Of a stretch of 64,000 nt of DNA, positions 56,498 through 64,000 are shown piece after piece (position 1 is the stretch's first letter; the number at the start of each line of letters is the position of its first letter). Made by a program: the position numbers and the translations under genes. The stretch comes from Acidimicrobiales bacterium (GTDB lineage: Bacteria; Actinomycetota; Acidimicrobiia; Acidimicrobiales; SZUA-35), in contig OZ244139.1 of the NCBI GenBank assembly GCA_965216205.1, positions 2,331,152 through 2,395,151 on the forward strand, in the 5' to 3' direction. A model generated the notes under the pieces. It saw only the letters and a list, made by a program, of their open reading frames with translations. It did not search any database and was not told the origin of the DNA.

Positions 56498-57814
56498 GTG
56501 TTGAACCGCCTCGACCTCCGGGGCCGGTCTGCCATCTCGGCCGCCGATCTACCGCGACCGTCGATCGCCGGCGACGAACCCCGAGACGCGGTCCGGCAGA
56601 TCCTCGACGAGGTCCGCACCGACGGCGACGAGGCGCTGCGCCGCTTCACCGAGCGCTTCGACGGTGTCTCGCTCGACTCGTTGCGGGTGTCCGATGATGA
56701 CCTCACTGCTGCGGTGACGGCGCTCGAGCCCCGACTCCGGTCGGCGATGGAGGCCGCGATCGCCAATATCGAGGCCTTCCACCGGCACCAGCTCCGCCCG
56801 CCGGAGGTGATCGAGCGGCCCGGCATGACGATCAAGGCCTACCAGCGACCGATGGGTCGAGCCGGCCTCTACGTCCCCGGAGGTCGTGCCGCCTATCCAT
56901 CCACCGTGTTGATGACAGCCGTGCCGGCCCGGGTCGCCGGTGTGGACGAGATCGCACTTTGCGTACCCCCCGACCGCCGGATCGGTGGGGTGGCGCCGTC
57001 GGTGCTCGCCGCGGCCAGGCTCGCCGGCGTGCATGAGGTCTACGCCGTGGGTGGTGCCCAGGCGGTGGCGGCCATGGCCTACGGGACGGCCTCGATCGCC
57101 CCGGTCGATGTGATCGCCGGTCCTGGCAACGTCTATGTGGCCATCGCCAAGCAGGAGGTGGCGGGCGACGTCGGGATCGCCGCGGCGTTCGCCGGACCAT
57201 CCGAGGTGGTCGTCGTGGCCGACCGCACCGCGAACCCGACCTACGCGGCGATCGATCTGATCGTCCAGGCCGAGCACGGTCCCGACGGGCTCGCCTGGTT
57301 GGTCACCTGGGACGATGCGGTCGCCGAGTCGATCTGCACCGCAGGCGAGGAGTTGCTGGCCGGGACGGTCAGGGCTGACGAGGTACGTTCGACCTTGGCG
57401 GCGGGCGGCTACGCGGCGATCGTCGACGACGAGGACGCGGCGCTGGCCGTGGTCAATGCCATCGCCCCGGAGCACCTGGAGCTGCAGACCGCCGAGCCGG
57501 AGGCCCTCGCCGGCCGCGTCGAGAACGCGGGCGCCATCTTCTGCGGTCCGCTGGCCCCGGCCTCGATCGGCGACTACGTGGCCGGCCCGAGCCACGTCCT
57601 GCCGACCTTCGGCTCGGCCCGGTTCGCGAGCGCGTTGACCGTCGCCGACTTCACCAAGGACCACCACGTGGTCACCGTCGACCGGGTCGGCCTCGACCAG
57701 CTCGGGCCGCACGTGATCGCCCTCGCCGAGACCGAGGGCCTCGACGCCCACGCCGAGTCGATCCGACTCCGCCTCGGGAGCGAGACCGTTGATGCGACCG
57801 TGGGGGAGGAGTGA
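56498..57814 (+). CDS. hisD: Histidinol dehydrogenase
   Basis: YVPGG.A.YPS.VLM...PA.VAGV, QAEHGPD and GDY..GP.HVLPT blocks. Confidence 0.95.
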   Translation: MLNRLDLRGRSAISAADLPRPSIAGDEPRDAVRQILDEVRTDGDEALRRFTERFDGVSLDSLRVSDDDLTAAVTALEPRLRSAMEAAIANIEAFHRHQLRPPEVIERPGMTIKAYQRPMGRAGLYVPGGRAAYPSTVLMTAVPARVAGVDEIALCVPPDRRIGGVAPSVLAAARLAGVHEVYAVGGAQAVAAMAYGTASIAPVDVIAGPGNVYVAIAKQEVAGDVGIAAAFAGPSEVVVVADRTANPTYAAIDLIVQAEHGPDGLAWLVTWDDAVAESICTAGEELLAGTVRADEVRSTLAAGGYAAIVDDEDAALAVVNAIAPEHLELQTAEPEALAGRVENAGAIFCGPLAPASIGDYVAGPSHVLPTFGSARFASALTVADFTKDHHVVTVDRVGLDQLGPHVIALAETEGLDAHAESIRLRLGSETVDATVGEE

Positions 57815-58953
57815 TGGCCCGACCCCGGGTACGCGACGACCTCGCCCACCTCGAGGGCTACCACTCCCCGCAGCTCGACGTCGACGTTCGGCTGAACACC
57901 AACGAGGCCCCCGGCCCCCCGCCGGCTGCGTTCACGGCCGCGGTCCAGGCCGCAGTGGCCGACGTCGACTGGCACCGGTACCCCGATCGGGCCGCCACCG
58001 AGCTGCGGGCGGCGATCGCCCGCCTCCACCGGCTGGACCCGGCTGCCGTCTTCTGCGCGAACGGTTCCAACGAGGTCCTGCAGACGATCCTCCTGGCGTT
58101 CGCCGGGCCTGGCCGGGCGGTCGCCACCTTCGAACCCACGTACGCGATGCACAGTCACATCGCGAAGATCACCGGTGCCGTGAGCGTGGTGGGCGAGCGC
58201 CGCCACGACTTCACGCTCGATCCCGTCGTGGTCGAGAAGCTGCTCGACGAGGAGCGACCGGCTGTGGTGTTCCTCTGCTCGCCGAACAATCCCAGCGGAA
58301 CGGTGGAGACCGCCGAGTCGATCACCGCCGTCCTCGAGCTGGTCGAGTCGGTCGACGGGTTGCTCGTCGTCGACGAGGCCTACGGTCAGTTCGCGCCCTG
58401 GTCGGCGACGGATCTCCTCGACGAGGATCGGTCGCTCGTGGTGACGAGGACCTTCTCGAAGACCTGGGCGATGGCCGGGGCGAGGCTCGGCTACCTGCTG
58501 GGGCCGGCATGGCTCGTGGCCGAGCTCGACAAGGTCGTCCTGCCGTACCACCTCGACGCGGTCAAGCAGCGAGCCGGCCTGGCCGCGCTGGACTTCGTCG
58601 ACGAGATGGACCGGCGCGTCGCCCAGATCGTCGAGGAGCGCGGCCGTCTACAGGCCGCGTTGATGGAGCTGGGGCTCGAGGTCTGGCCCTCTGGCGCCAA
58701 CTTCATCCTGTTCCGGCCCGGCCCGACGGCTGGCATCGACGGCCAGCGCATCTGGGAGGAGCTGGTCGACCGGTCGGTTCTCGTCCGCAACACGTCGAGT
58801 TGGGATCGGCTCGAGGGGTGTCTCCGGGTGACGATCGGCACCGTGGCCGACAACGACCGCTTCCTGGAGGCCCTGACCGAGGTGCTGAGCGGCTCACGGC
58901 GGGCGGGAGACACGAGCAGCGAACCACCGGCCAGCGAGGAGACGACCACGTGA
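57811..58953 (+). CDS. hisC: Histidinol-phosphate aminotransferase
   Basis: LNTNE.P, YPD, VVDEAY..F, and TFSKTWAMAGARLGY (PLP lysine). Overlaps the hisD stop. Confidence 0.93.
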   Translation: MMARPRVRDDLAHLEGYHSPQLDVDVRLNTNEAPGPPPAAFTAAVQAAVADVDWHRYPDRAATELRAAIARLHRLDPAAVFCANGSNEVLQTILLAFAGPGRAVATFEPTYAMHSHIAKITGAVSVVGERRHDFTLDPVVVEKLLDEERPAVVFLCSPNNPSGTVETAESITAVLELVESVDGLLVVDEAYGQFAPWSATDLLDEDRSLVVTRTFSKTWAMAGARLGYLLGPAWLVAELDKVVLPYHLDAVKQRAGLAALDFVDEMDRRVAQIVEERGRLQAALMELGLEVWPSGANFILFRPGPTAGIDGQRIWEELVDRSVLVRNTSSWDRLEGCLRVTIGTVADNDRFLEALTEVLSGSRRAGDTSSEPPASEETTT

Positions 58954-58963
58954 GCGAGGGCCC

Positions 58964-59557
58964 ATGAGCCGAACGGCGACGAAGACGAGAACGACAGCCG
59001 AGACGTCGATCGAGCTACGCCTCGACCTCGACGGGAGCGGCGAGACCGACGTCGCAACCGGCCTGCCGTTCTATGACCACATGCTCGACCAGATCGGTCG
59101 TCACGGCGGGTTCGACCTCATGGTGAAGGCCGATGGCGACCTCCACGTCGACAGTCACCACACCGTCGAGGACACGGCGATCGTGCTCGGCCAGGCGTTC
59201 GCCGAGGCGCTGGGCGACAAGAGCGGCGTGCGCCGCTTCGCCAGCGGCCTCTACCCGCTCGACGAAGCGTTGGTCGAGGTGGCCCTCGACCTGTCCGGCC
59301 GACCCTTCTTCGCATGGAACGTCGAGCTGCCGGAGGCGATCCCGCTCGGGAATCCCCCCTTCGACCCGTCGCTGGCCGAGCACGCACTGCACAGCTTCGC
59401 CACGAACGCCGGCATCACGCTGCACGTGTCGCTCAAGGCGGGGCGCAACGTGCACCACATCATCGAGGCCGCATTCAAGGGTGTCGCCCGGTGCCTGCGC
59501 GACGCGGTCGAGCTCACCGGCACCGCCGGCGTGCCCTCCACCAAGGGCTCGCTGTGA
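58964..59557 (+). CDS. hisB: Imidazoleglycerol-phosphate dehydratase
   Basis: RTT.ET.I...L.LDG, FYDHML.Q...HG, D.HHT.ED..I..G and HHIIEA.FK...R.L. Confidence 0.95.
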   Translation: MSRTATKTRTTAETSIELRLDLDGSGETDVATGLPFYDHMLDQIGRHGGFDLMVKADGDLHVDSHHTVEDTAIVLGQAFAEALGDKSGVRRFASGLYPLDEALVEVALDLSGRPFFAWNVELPEAIPLGNPPFDPSLAEHALHSFATNAGITLHVSLKAGRNVHHIIEAAFKGVARCLRDAVELTGTAGVPSTKGSL

Positions 59558-60210
59558 CCGGGGCCAGCAAGATTGCGATACTCGATTACGGCATCGGCAA
59601 CCTGCACTCTGCGCTCAAGGGATTGCAGCGGACCGGGGCGGACGTGAGGCTCACCGCCGACCGGGCCGAGATCGACGCCGCCGACGGTGTCGTGCTGCCC
59701 GGCGTCGGCGCGTTCGGCGCCTGCATGGCCGCCTTGACCAGGACCGGTCTCGACGCGGCGGCGGTCGACGCGGCGGCGTCGGGGCGGCCGTTCCTCGGGA
59801 TCTGTGTCGGCATGCAACTGCTCTACGAGGCCTCCGAGGAGAGCCCGGCGGTCCCCGGGCTCGGCATCCTCCCGGGGACGATCCGCTGGTTGCCGGCCAC
59901 CGTCAAGCGGCCTCAGATGCAGTGGAACCGGTTGCGGTGCCGACGACCTCACCCGCTGCTGGCCGACCTCGACGGCGAGTGGCTCTACTTCGTGCACAGC
60001 CTCGCGCTCGACGCCGATGGTCCCGAGACCAGCGAACAGGTCGTCGCCACGACCGACTACGGGGGCGAGATCGTGGCCGCGACAGCGAGCGGGAACGTCG
60101 CAGCGACCCAGTTCCATCCCGAGAAATCGGCGGCCGCGGGGTTGACCTTGCTCCACAACTTCGTGCGAATGCTCCGCCAACCGGCACCGGAGGTCGCAGC
60201 GCATGGCTGA
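59554..60210 (+). CDS. hisH: Imidazole glycerol phosphate synthase, glutaminase subunit
   Basis: IAILDYG.GNL.S, LPGVGAFG, GICVGMQLL and QFHPEKS. The GTG overlaps the hisB TGA. Confidence 0.93.
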   Translation: MTGASKIAILDYGIGNLHSALKGLQRTGADVRLTADRAEIDAADGVVLPGVGAFGACMAALTRTGLDAAAVDAAASGRPFLGICVGMQLLYEASEESPAVPGLGILPGTIRWLPATVKRPQMQWNRLRCRRPHPLLADLDGEWLYFVHSLALDADGPETSEQVVATTDYGGEIVAATASGNVAATQFHPEKSAAAGLTLLHNFVRMLRQPAPEVAAHG

Positions 60211-60979
60211 ACGGTCGGAAACACTCACGCTGTATCCCGCGATCGACCTGCGGGGAGGGCGCTGCGTGCGGCTCCTCCAAGGCGACTACGACCGCGAGAC
60301 GGCCTATGGCGACGATCCGGCCGCCCAGGCTGCAGCGTTCGTCGCCGACGGGGCGAGTTGGCTCCACGTGGTCGACCTCGACGCTGCCCGGACCGGGGAA
60401 CCCACCAACCGAGCGGCGATCGGCGCCATCGCCGATGCGGTGGACGTTCCGATCGAGGTCGGCGGTGGGGTGCGGGACCCCGGCGCAGCCGAGGCGCTGT
60501 TCGAGCTCGGGGTGGCGAGGGTCGTCATCGGCACCGCTGCTCTCGAGCGTCCGCAGCTCGTTGGCGAACTGGTCGACGCCGGTCACGCCGTGGCCGTCGG
60601 CATCGACGCGCGGGGCGACGAGGTCGCGAGCCACGGCTGGACCGAGCGCACTGGACACACCGTGGCCGACGTGGCCGACCGGTTCGCCGGGCTCGGCGTC
60701 GACGCCCTCATCGTGACCGAGATCGGTCGCGACGGCACGATGGACGGCCCCGACGTCGACGGCTTGACCCAGCTGCTCGCCCACACGCCGACGGCCGTGA
60801 TCGCCTCCGGCGGCGTCGGGACGCTGACCGATCTCCGGGCTCTGGCGAGCGTGGACGTCGCCGGCCGCAGGCTGCACGGCGCCATCGTGGGCCGGGCGCT
60901 CTACGAAGGAGCGTTCACCGTCGCCGACGCGATCGCAGCGCTGGCATCGGCCAGCCCGACGGGGCAACCACAGCCATGA
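60203..60979 (+). CDS. hisA: ProFAR isomerase HisA (possibly bifunctional PriA, as in many actinobacteria)
   Basis: LYPAIDL..G.CVRL.QGDY, GGG.R and D..RDGT..G.. blocks. Confidence 0.9.
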   Translation: MAERSETLTLYPAIDLRGGRCVRLLQGDYDRETAYGDDPAAQAAAFVADGASWLHVVDLDAARTGEPTNRAAIGAIADAVDVPIEVGGGVRDPGAAEALFELGVARVVIGTAALERPQLVGELVDAGHAVAVGIDARGDEVASHGWTERTGHTVADVADRFAGLGVDALIVTEIGRDGTMDGPDVDGLTQLLAHTPTAVIASGGVGTLTDLRALASVDVAGRRLHGAIVGRALYEGAFTVADAIAALASASPTGQPQP

Positions 60980-61785
60980 GGGTCGTCCGCGTGATCCCAT
61001 GCCTCGACGTCGACCGGGGGCGGGTGGTGAAGGGCGTGAACTTCGTCGACATACGCGATGCCGGCGATCCGGTCGAGCTCGCCGCCCGCTACGACGCCCA
61101 GGGTGCCGACGAGCTGGTGTTCCTCGACATCACCGCCAGTCACGAGGACCGTGACACCACGGTTGCGATGGCCACGGCGGTGGCCGACGAGGTGTTCATA
61201 CCGTTCACGATCGGTGGCGGCGTGCGCTCGGTCGAGGACGCCCGGCGGCTGCTGCGGGCCGGGGCCGACAAGGTCGCGGTCAACTCCGCGGCGGTCGAGC
61301 GGCCCGAACTGGTCGCCGAGATCTCGGCGGAGTTCGGCGCCCAGTGCTGCGTGGTCGCCATCGACGCCCGGCGCACCACGTCGACCGGGCCCGACGCCGA
61401 TGCCGATCCGGGCCGGTTCCCGTCAGGTTTCCGGGTGTTCGTCCGGGGTGGCCGAGCGGGTACCGACGTCGACGCCGTCGCCTGGGCGCGACGGGTCGAG
61501 GCGCTGGGCGCCGGTGAGATCCTGCTCACGTCGATGGATCGGGATGGGACCCGCGACGGGTTCGACACCGAGCTGACCCGGGCGGTGACCGACGCGGTGG
61601 GGGTGCCGGTGATCGCGTCGGGAGGGGTCGGCTCGGTGGACCATCTCGCTCCGGGGGTTGCCGACGGCGGCGCTGATGCGGTGCTCGCCGCCAGCATCTT
61701 CCACTTCGGCGAGGCCACGGTGGCCGACGCCAAGCGGGCCCTCGCTGCGGCCGGCGTGACCGTCCGCCCTCCAGACGAGGGCTGA
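60976..61785 (+). CDS. hisF: Imidazole glycerol phosphate synthase, cyclase subunit
   Basis: [16 protein letters not shown]...[11 protein letters not shown]...[12 protein letters not shown] and SMDRDGT..G.D. The ATG overlaps the hisA TGA. Confidence 0.95.
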   Translation: MRVVRVIPCLDVDRGRVVKGVNFVDIRDAGDPVELAARYDAQGADELVFLDITASHEDRDTTVAMATAVADEVFIPFTIGGGVRSVEDARRLLRAGADKVAVNSAAVERPELVAEISAEFGAQCCVVAIDARRTTSTGPDADADPGRFPSGFRVFVRGGRAGTDVDAVAWARRVEALGAGEILLTSMDRDGTRDGFDTELTRAVTDAVGVPVIASGGVGSVDHLAPGVADGGADAVLAASIFHFGEATVADAKRALAAAGVTVRPPDEG

Positions 61786-61786
61786 G

Positions 61787-62449
61787 CTACACCCGCCGGG
61801 CCAGTTCGCCGAGCGCTGACCGGGCTGCGTCGACCACGACATCCAGACCGACCGCGAAGAAGTGGTCGGCCCCGTCTGCGGCGACGATCGTCGTCGCTGG
61901 CGAGCCCTGCACGGCGTCGACCACGTCGGCGTACGGGTTGAACTGGTCGGCCGTTCCGGCGACGATCGTGGTGGGTCGATCGTCGGCGAGGGCCGACATC
62001 TCATCACGCGCCACGACGCGGAGGGGCGGCGCGATCGCGAGCCAGCCGTCCACCGTCGGGGGCGCCACGGTCAGGGCCACGTCGCCCCCGAACGAGTACC
62101 CGGCGAGCAGGAGCGGGGATTCGGGCCAGCGGACTGCAGCGGCGGCGACCGCAGCCTGGACATCGAGCCGCTCGGCTCGTCCGTGGTCGTGCGAGCCGCC
62201 GGAGGCGCCGGTGCCCCGGAAGTTGAACCGCAGTACGGCGGCGCCGGTTGGCGGCATCGACCGGAAGAGCGCCTCGACGACGTTGGCGTACATCGACCCG
62301 CCGTACAGCGGATGGGGGTGGCAGGCGACGATCACACCGGCCGGCGGCGCAGATTCCGCCGGCGATGGCGTTGCGAGCTCGGCCTCGAGCTCGACACCGT
62401 CGTCGGTCTCGAGCTGGAGACGCTGGCGATCGATCGATGGTTCGCTCAT
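61787..62449 (-). CDS. Alpha/beta-fold hydrolase
   Basis: CHPHPLYGGSM.....  and nucleophile elbow GYSFGG. Convergent with hisF. Confidence 0.7.
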   Translation of the reverse strand: MSEPSIDRQRLQLETDDGVELEAELATPSPAESAPPAGVIVACHPHPLYGGSMYANVVEALFRSMPPTGAAVLRFNFRGTGASGGSHDHGRAERLDVQAAVAAAAVRWPESPLLLAGYSFGGDVALTVAPPTVDGWLAIAPPLRVVARDEMSALADDRPTTIVAGTADQFNPYADVVDAVQGSPATTIVAADGADHFFAVGLDVVVDAARSALGELARRV

Positions 62450-62492
62450 CCTTCGACGCTAGATCGCCATCGGCGGCCGACGCACGCGAGAA

Positions 62493-62975
62493 GTGCCGTC
62501 GTCAGCGGGTACCGTTTCTGCGGTGACCGCGGACGACCCTGTCGAAGAAGCGAACGAGCAGCCGGCCGACGACGGCGCTGGTGCGAAGGGTGCACGATCG
62601 GCGGCGATCACCGATGACGGGAGACGGGAGTCGAACCGACCCGGTGGTCGAAAGGCCGACGGCAAGCTGCCGATCAAGATGCTCAACGACCGCATCCTCG
62701 TGAAGATCGAAGGTCCGGATGGTGAGCGGAAGTCGTCGGGCGGGATCCTCATCCCGGCGACCGCCCAGGTCGGGAAGCGGCTCGCCTGGGCCGAGGTCAT
62801 CGCGGTCGGGCCGAGTGTTCGGACGATGGAGCTCGGCGACACGGTGCTGTTCAACCCCGAGGATCGGTATGAGGTCGAGGTGGGTGGCAGCGACTACATC
62901 ATCCTGCGCGAGCGCGACATTCACGCCGTGGCCGCCAAGCGGCTCGACGACTCGCACACCGGCCTGTATCTGTAG
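62493..62975 (+). CDS. Atypical GroES/Cpn10-fold protein with N- and C-terminal extensions; ends ...TGLYL
   Basis: Cpn10 core: IKMLNDRILVK......KSSGGILIP.........AEVIAVGP.......GDTVLF.......V......YIILRERDIHAV. The start is uncertain (GTG at 62493 with weak RBS, and lower GC3 in the first ~60 codons). Confidence 0.7.
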   Translation: MPSSAGTVSAVTADDPVEEANEQPADDGAGAKGARSAAITDDGRRESNRPGGRKADGKLPIKMLNDRILVKIEGPDGERKSSGGILIPATAQVGKRLAWAEVIAVGPSVRTMELGDTVLFNPEDRYEVEVGGSDYIILRERDIHAVAAKRLDDSHTGLYL

Positions 62976-63065
62976 ACAGCCGCAGCGGGTCCGCTTCGGA
63001 CGGTGCGCAGCGGGGCGGCGAAATGCGATGAGCGGCTCAGGAAGGCACCGGTAGGCTCGGTCGGC

Positions 63066-63434
63066 ATGTCGCCGGGAACGACCATCGAGGCAACCGCCGA
63101 GCAGTTGGCCGACATCGCCTACGACGCAGCCGGGCTGGTCCCCGCCATCGTGCAGGACGATGCGACCGGCGAGGTGCTGATGTTGGCGTGGATGAACGCC
63201 GACACGCTGGCCCTCACCCTCGACGAGGGGCAAACCGTCTTCTGGAGCAGATCCCGCCAGGAGGTCTGGCGAAAGGGCGAGACGTCCGGCGATCGGCAAT
63301 GGGTCCGCTCGGCCGCCTACGACTGCGATGGCGATGTCCTGCTGTTCCGGGTGGATCAGGAGGGACGAGGCGCCTGCCACACGGGCGCACCGAGTTGCTT
63401 CTTCCGATCGTTCGGACCAGGCGAGCGGGGTTGA
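63066..63434 (+). CDS. hisI: Phosphoribosyl-AMP cyclohydrolase
   Basis: [19 protein letters not shown]...L..T........WSRSR...W.KGETSG..Q........DCDGD.LL..V.Q.G.ACHTG..SCF. Confidence 0.92.
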   Translation: MSPGTTIEATAEQLADIAYDAAGLVPAIVQDDATGEVLMLAWMNADTLALTLDEGQTVFWSRSRQEVWRKGETSGDRQWVRSAAYDCDGDVLLFRVDQEGRGACHTGAPSCFFRSFGPGERG

Positions 63435-63438
63435 TCCG

Positions 63439-64000
63439 ATGACCACCACACGCGACGAGTTCCGGGCCATGGCTCGGGAGTACCGGGCCGTGCCGGTCCA
63501 CCGCGAGCTGTTGGCCGATCTCACCACACCCGTGGCGGCATTCATACGCTGCGTGGGATCCGAGCCGGGGTTCGCGCTCGAATCGGTAGACAACGGCGAA
63601 CGCTGGAGCCGCTTCTCCTTCGTGGGTCGGCGGCCTCACGCGACGATCACCAGCCGGGGGAGGTCGGTGGAGATCGCCGGGGATCTGCCCGACCGCGATC
63701 TGCCACTCGACCAGGGAATACTCACCACGGTCGACGAACTGCTCCGTCGCTATCGGGCGCCGAGGCTTCCCGACCTGCCGCCGTTGACCTCGGGGCTGGT
63801 GGGGTTCTTCGGCTACGACATCGTCCGGGAGGTCGAGCACCTGCCCGACATGCCGGCCGACGACCGTGGCTATCCCGACTCGTTGCTCGACATCATCGGT
63901 GAGCTCGCGGTGTACGACCACTGGCGCCAGCGGGTCACCCTCGTGGCGACCGCGCTGCTGCCCGCCGATGCCGACGAGGCTGCGATCGACCATGCCTATG
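63439..64000 (+). CDS. trpE: Anthranilate synthase component I, 5-prime partial (runs off the window)
   Basis: My translation from the ATG at 63439: MTTTRDEFRAMAREYRAVPVHRELLADLTTPVAAFIRCVGSEPGFALESVDNGERWSRFSFVG..., a typical TrpE N-terminus. It is absent from the ORF track because there is no stop inside the window. Confidence 0.85.
   Translation, partial: MTTTRDEFRAMAREYRAVPVHRELLADLTTPVAAFIRCVGSEPGFALESVDNGERWSRFSFVGRRPHATITSRGRSVEIAGDLPDRDLPLDQGILTTVDELLRRYRAPRLPDLPPLTSGLVGFFGYDIVREVEHLPDMPADDRGYPDSLLDIIGELAVYDHWRQRVTLVATALLPADADEAAIDHAY

Noticed and set aside
56055-56504. Plus-strand ORFs of 149 and 131 aa upstream of hisD
   Set aside because: They have Ser/Arg-rich composition and no RBS. 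The overlapping 62-aa minus-strand ORF has an AGGAGA RBS and correct GC3 bias.
1-64000. tRNA, rRNA, tmRNA or RNase P genes
   Set aside because: All intergenic gaps over 80 bp were read on both strands and no cloverleaf-compatible or rRNA-like sequence was recognised. A tRNAscan/Infernal run would be needed for certainty.

Overview
High-GC (about 70%) chromosomal segment from an actinobacterium. Phylum evidence: a mycothiol synthase MshD homologue, a Bpa proteasome activator homologue, and an actinobacterial-type dcw/sepF/divIVA arrangement. I cannot place it more precisely from sequence alone. Gene order: (1) the 3-prime half of the dcw cell-division cluster, 31-11442: ftsW-murG-murC-murB-ftsQ-ftsZ-pgeF-yggS-sepF-yggT-divIVA. 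(2) ileS, then a DksA/TraR-like gene, lspA and rluD. (3) An Rrf2-nitroreductase pair, an alkaline-phosphatase-family gene, bpa and a hypothetical gene. (4) dnaE, preceded by a spacer-less 28-bp x5 tandem repeat. (5) An accessory Wzx/Wzy-type exopolysaccharide/glycan locus of about 27.5 kb, 24911-52336, in eight alternating-strand transcription units. It has duplicated core functions: 2 flippases, 2 Wzy-like polymerases, 2 priming phosphoglycosyl transferases, 2 intact BY-kinases plus 1 kinase-dead paralogue plus 1 minimal PCP-like protein, 1 LMW-PTP, a beta-helix protein and several GTs. (6) menG, a small membrane protein, rlmN and mshD. (7) A lower-GC intergenic region carrying a 6C-like sRNA candidate with a strong intrinsic terminator. 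(8) hisD-hisC-hisB-hisH-hisA-hisF, a convergent alpha/beta hydrolase, an atypical GroES-fold gene, hisI and the 5-prime part of trpE. I recognised no tRNA, rRNA, CRISPR array, transposase, integrase or prophage genes. Points I consider most worth follow-up: the redundant EPS locus with a kinase-dead BY-kinase paralogue; a GroES-fold protein ending in G-L-Y-L (like the GQYL proteasome-docking motif) in the same window as a Bpa homologue ending G-V-Y-L; histone-H1-like Lys/Ala/Thr repeat tails on FtsW and the DksA-like protein; three intergenic tandem repeats; and the 6C-like sRNA. All protein calls rest on motif recognition in the supplied translations and on synteny. No database search was run.
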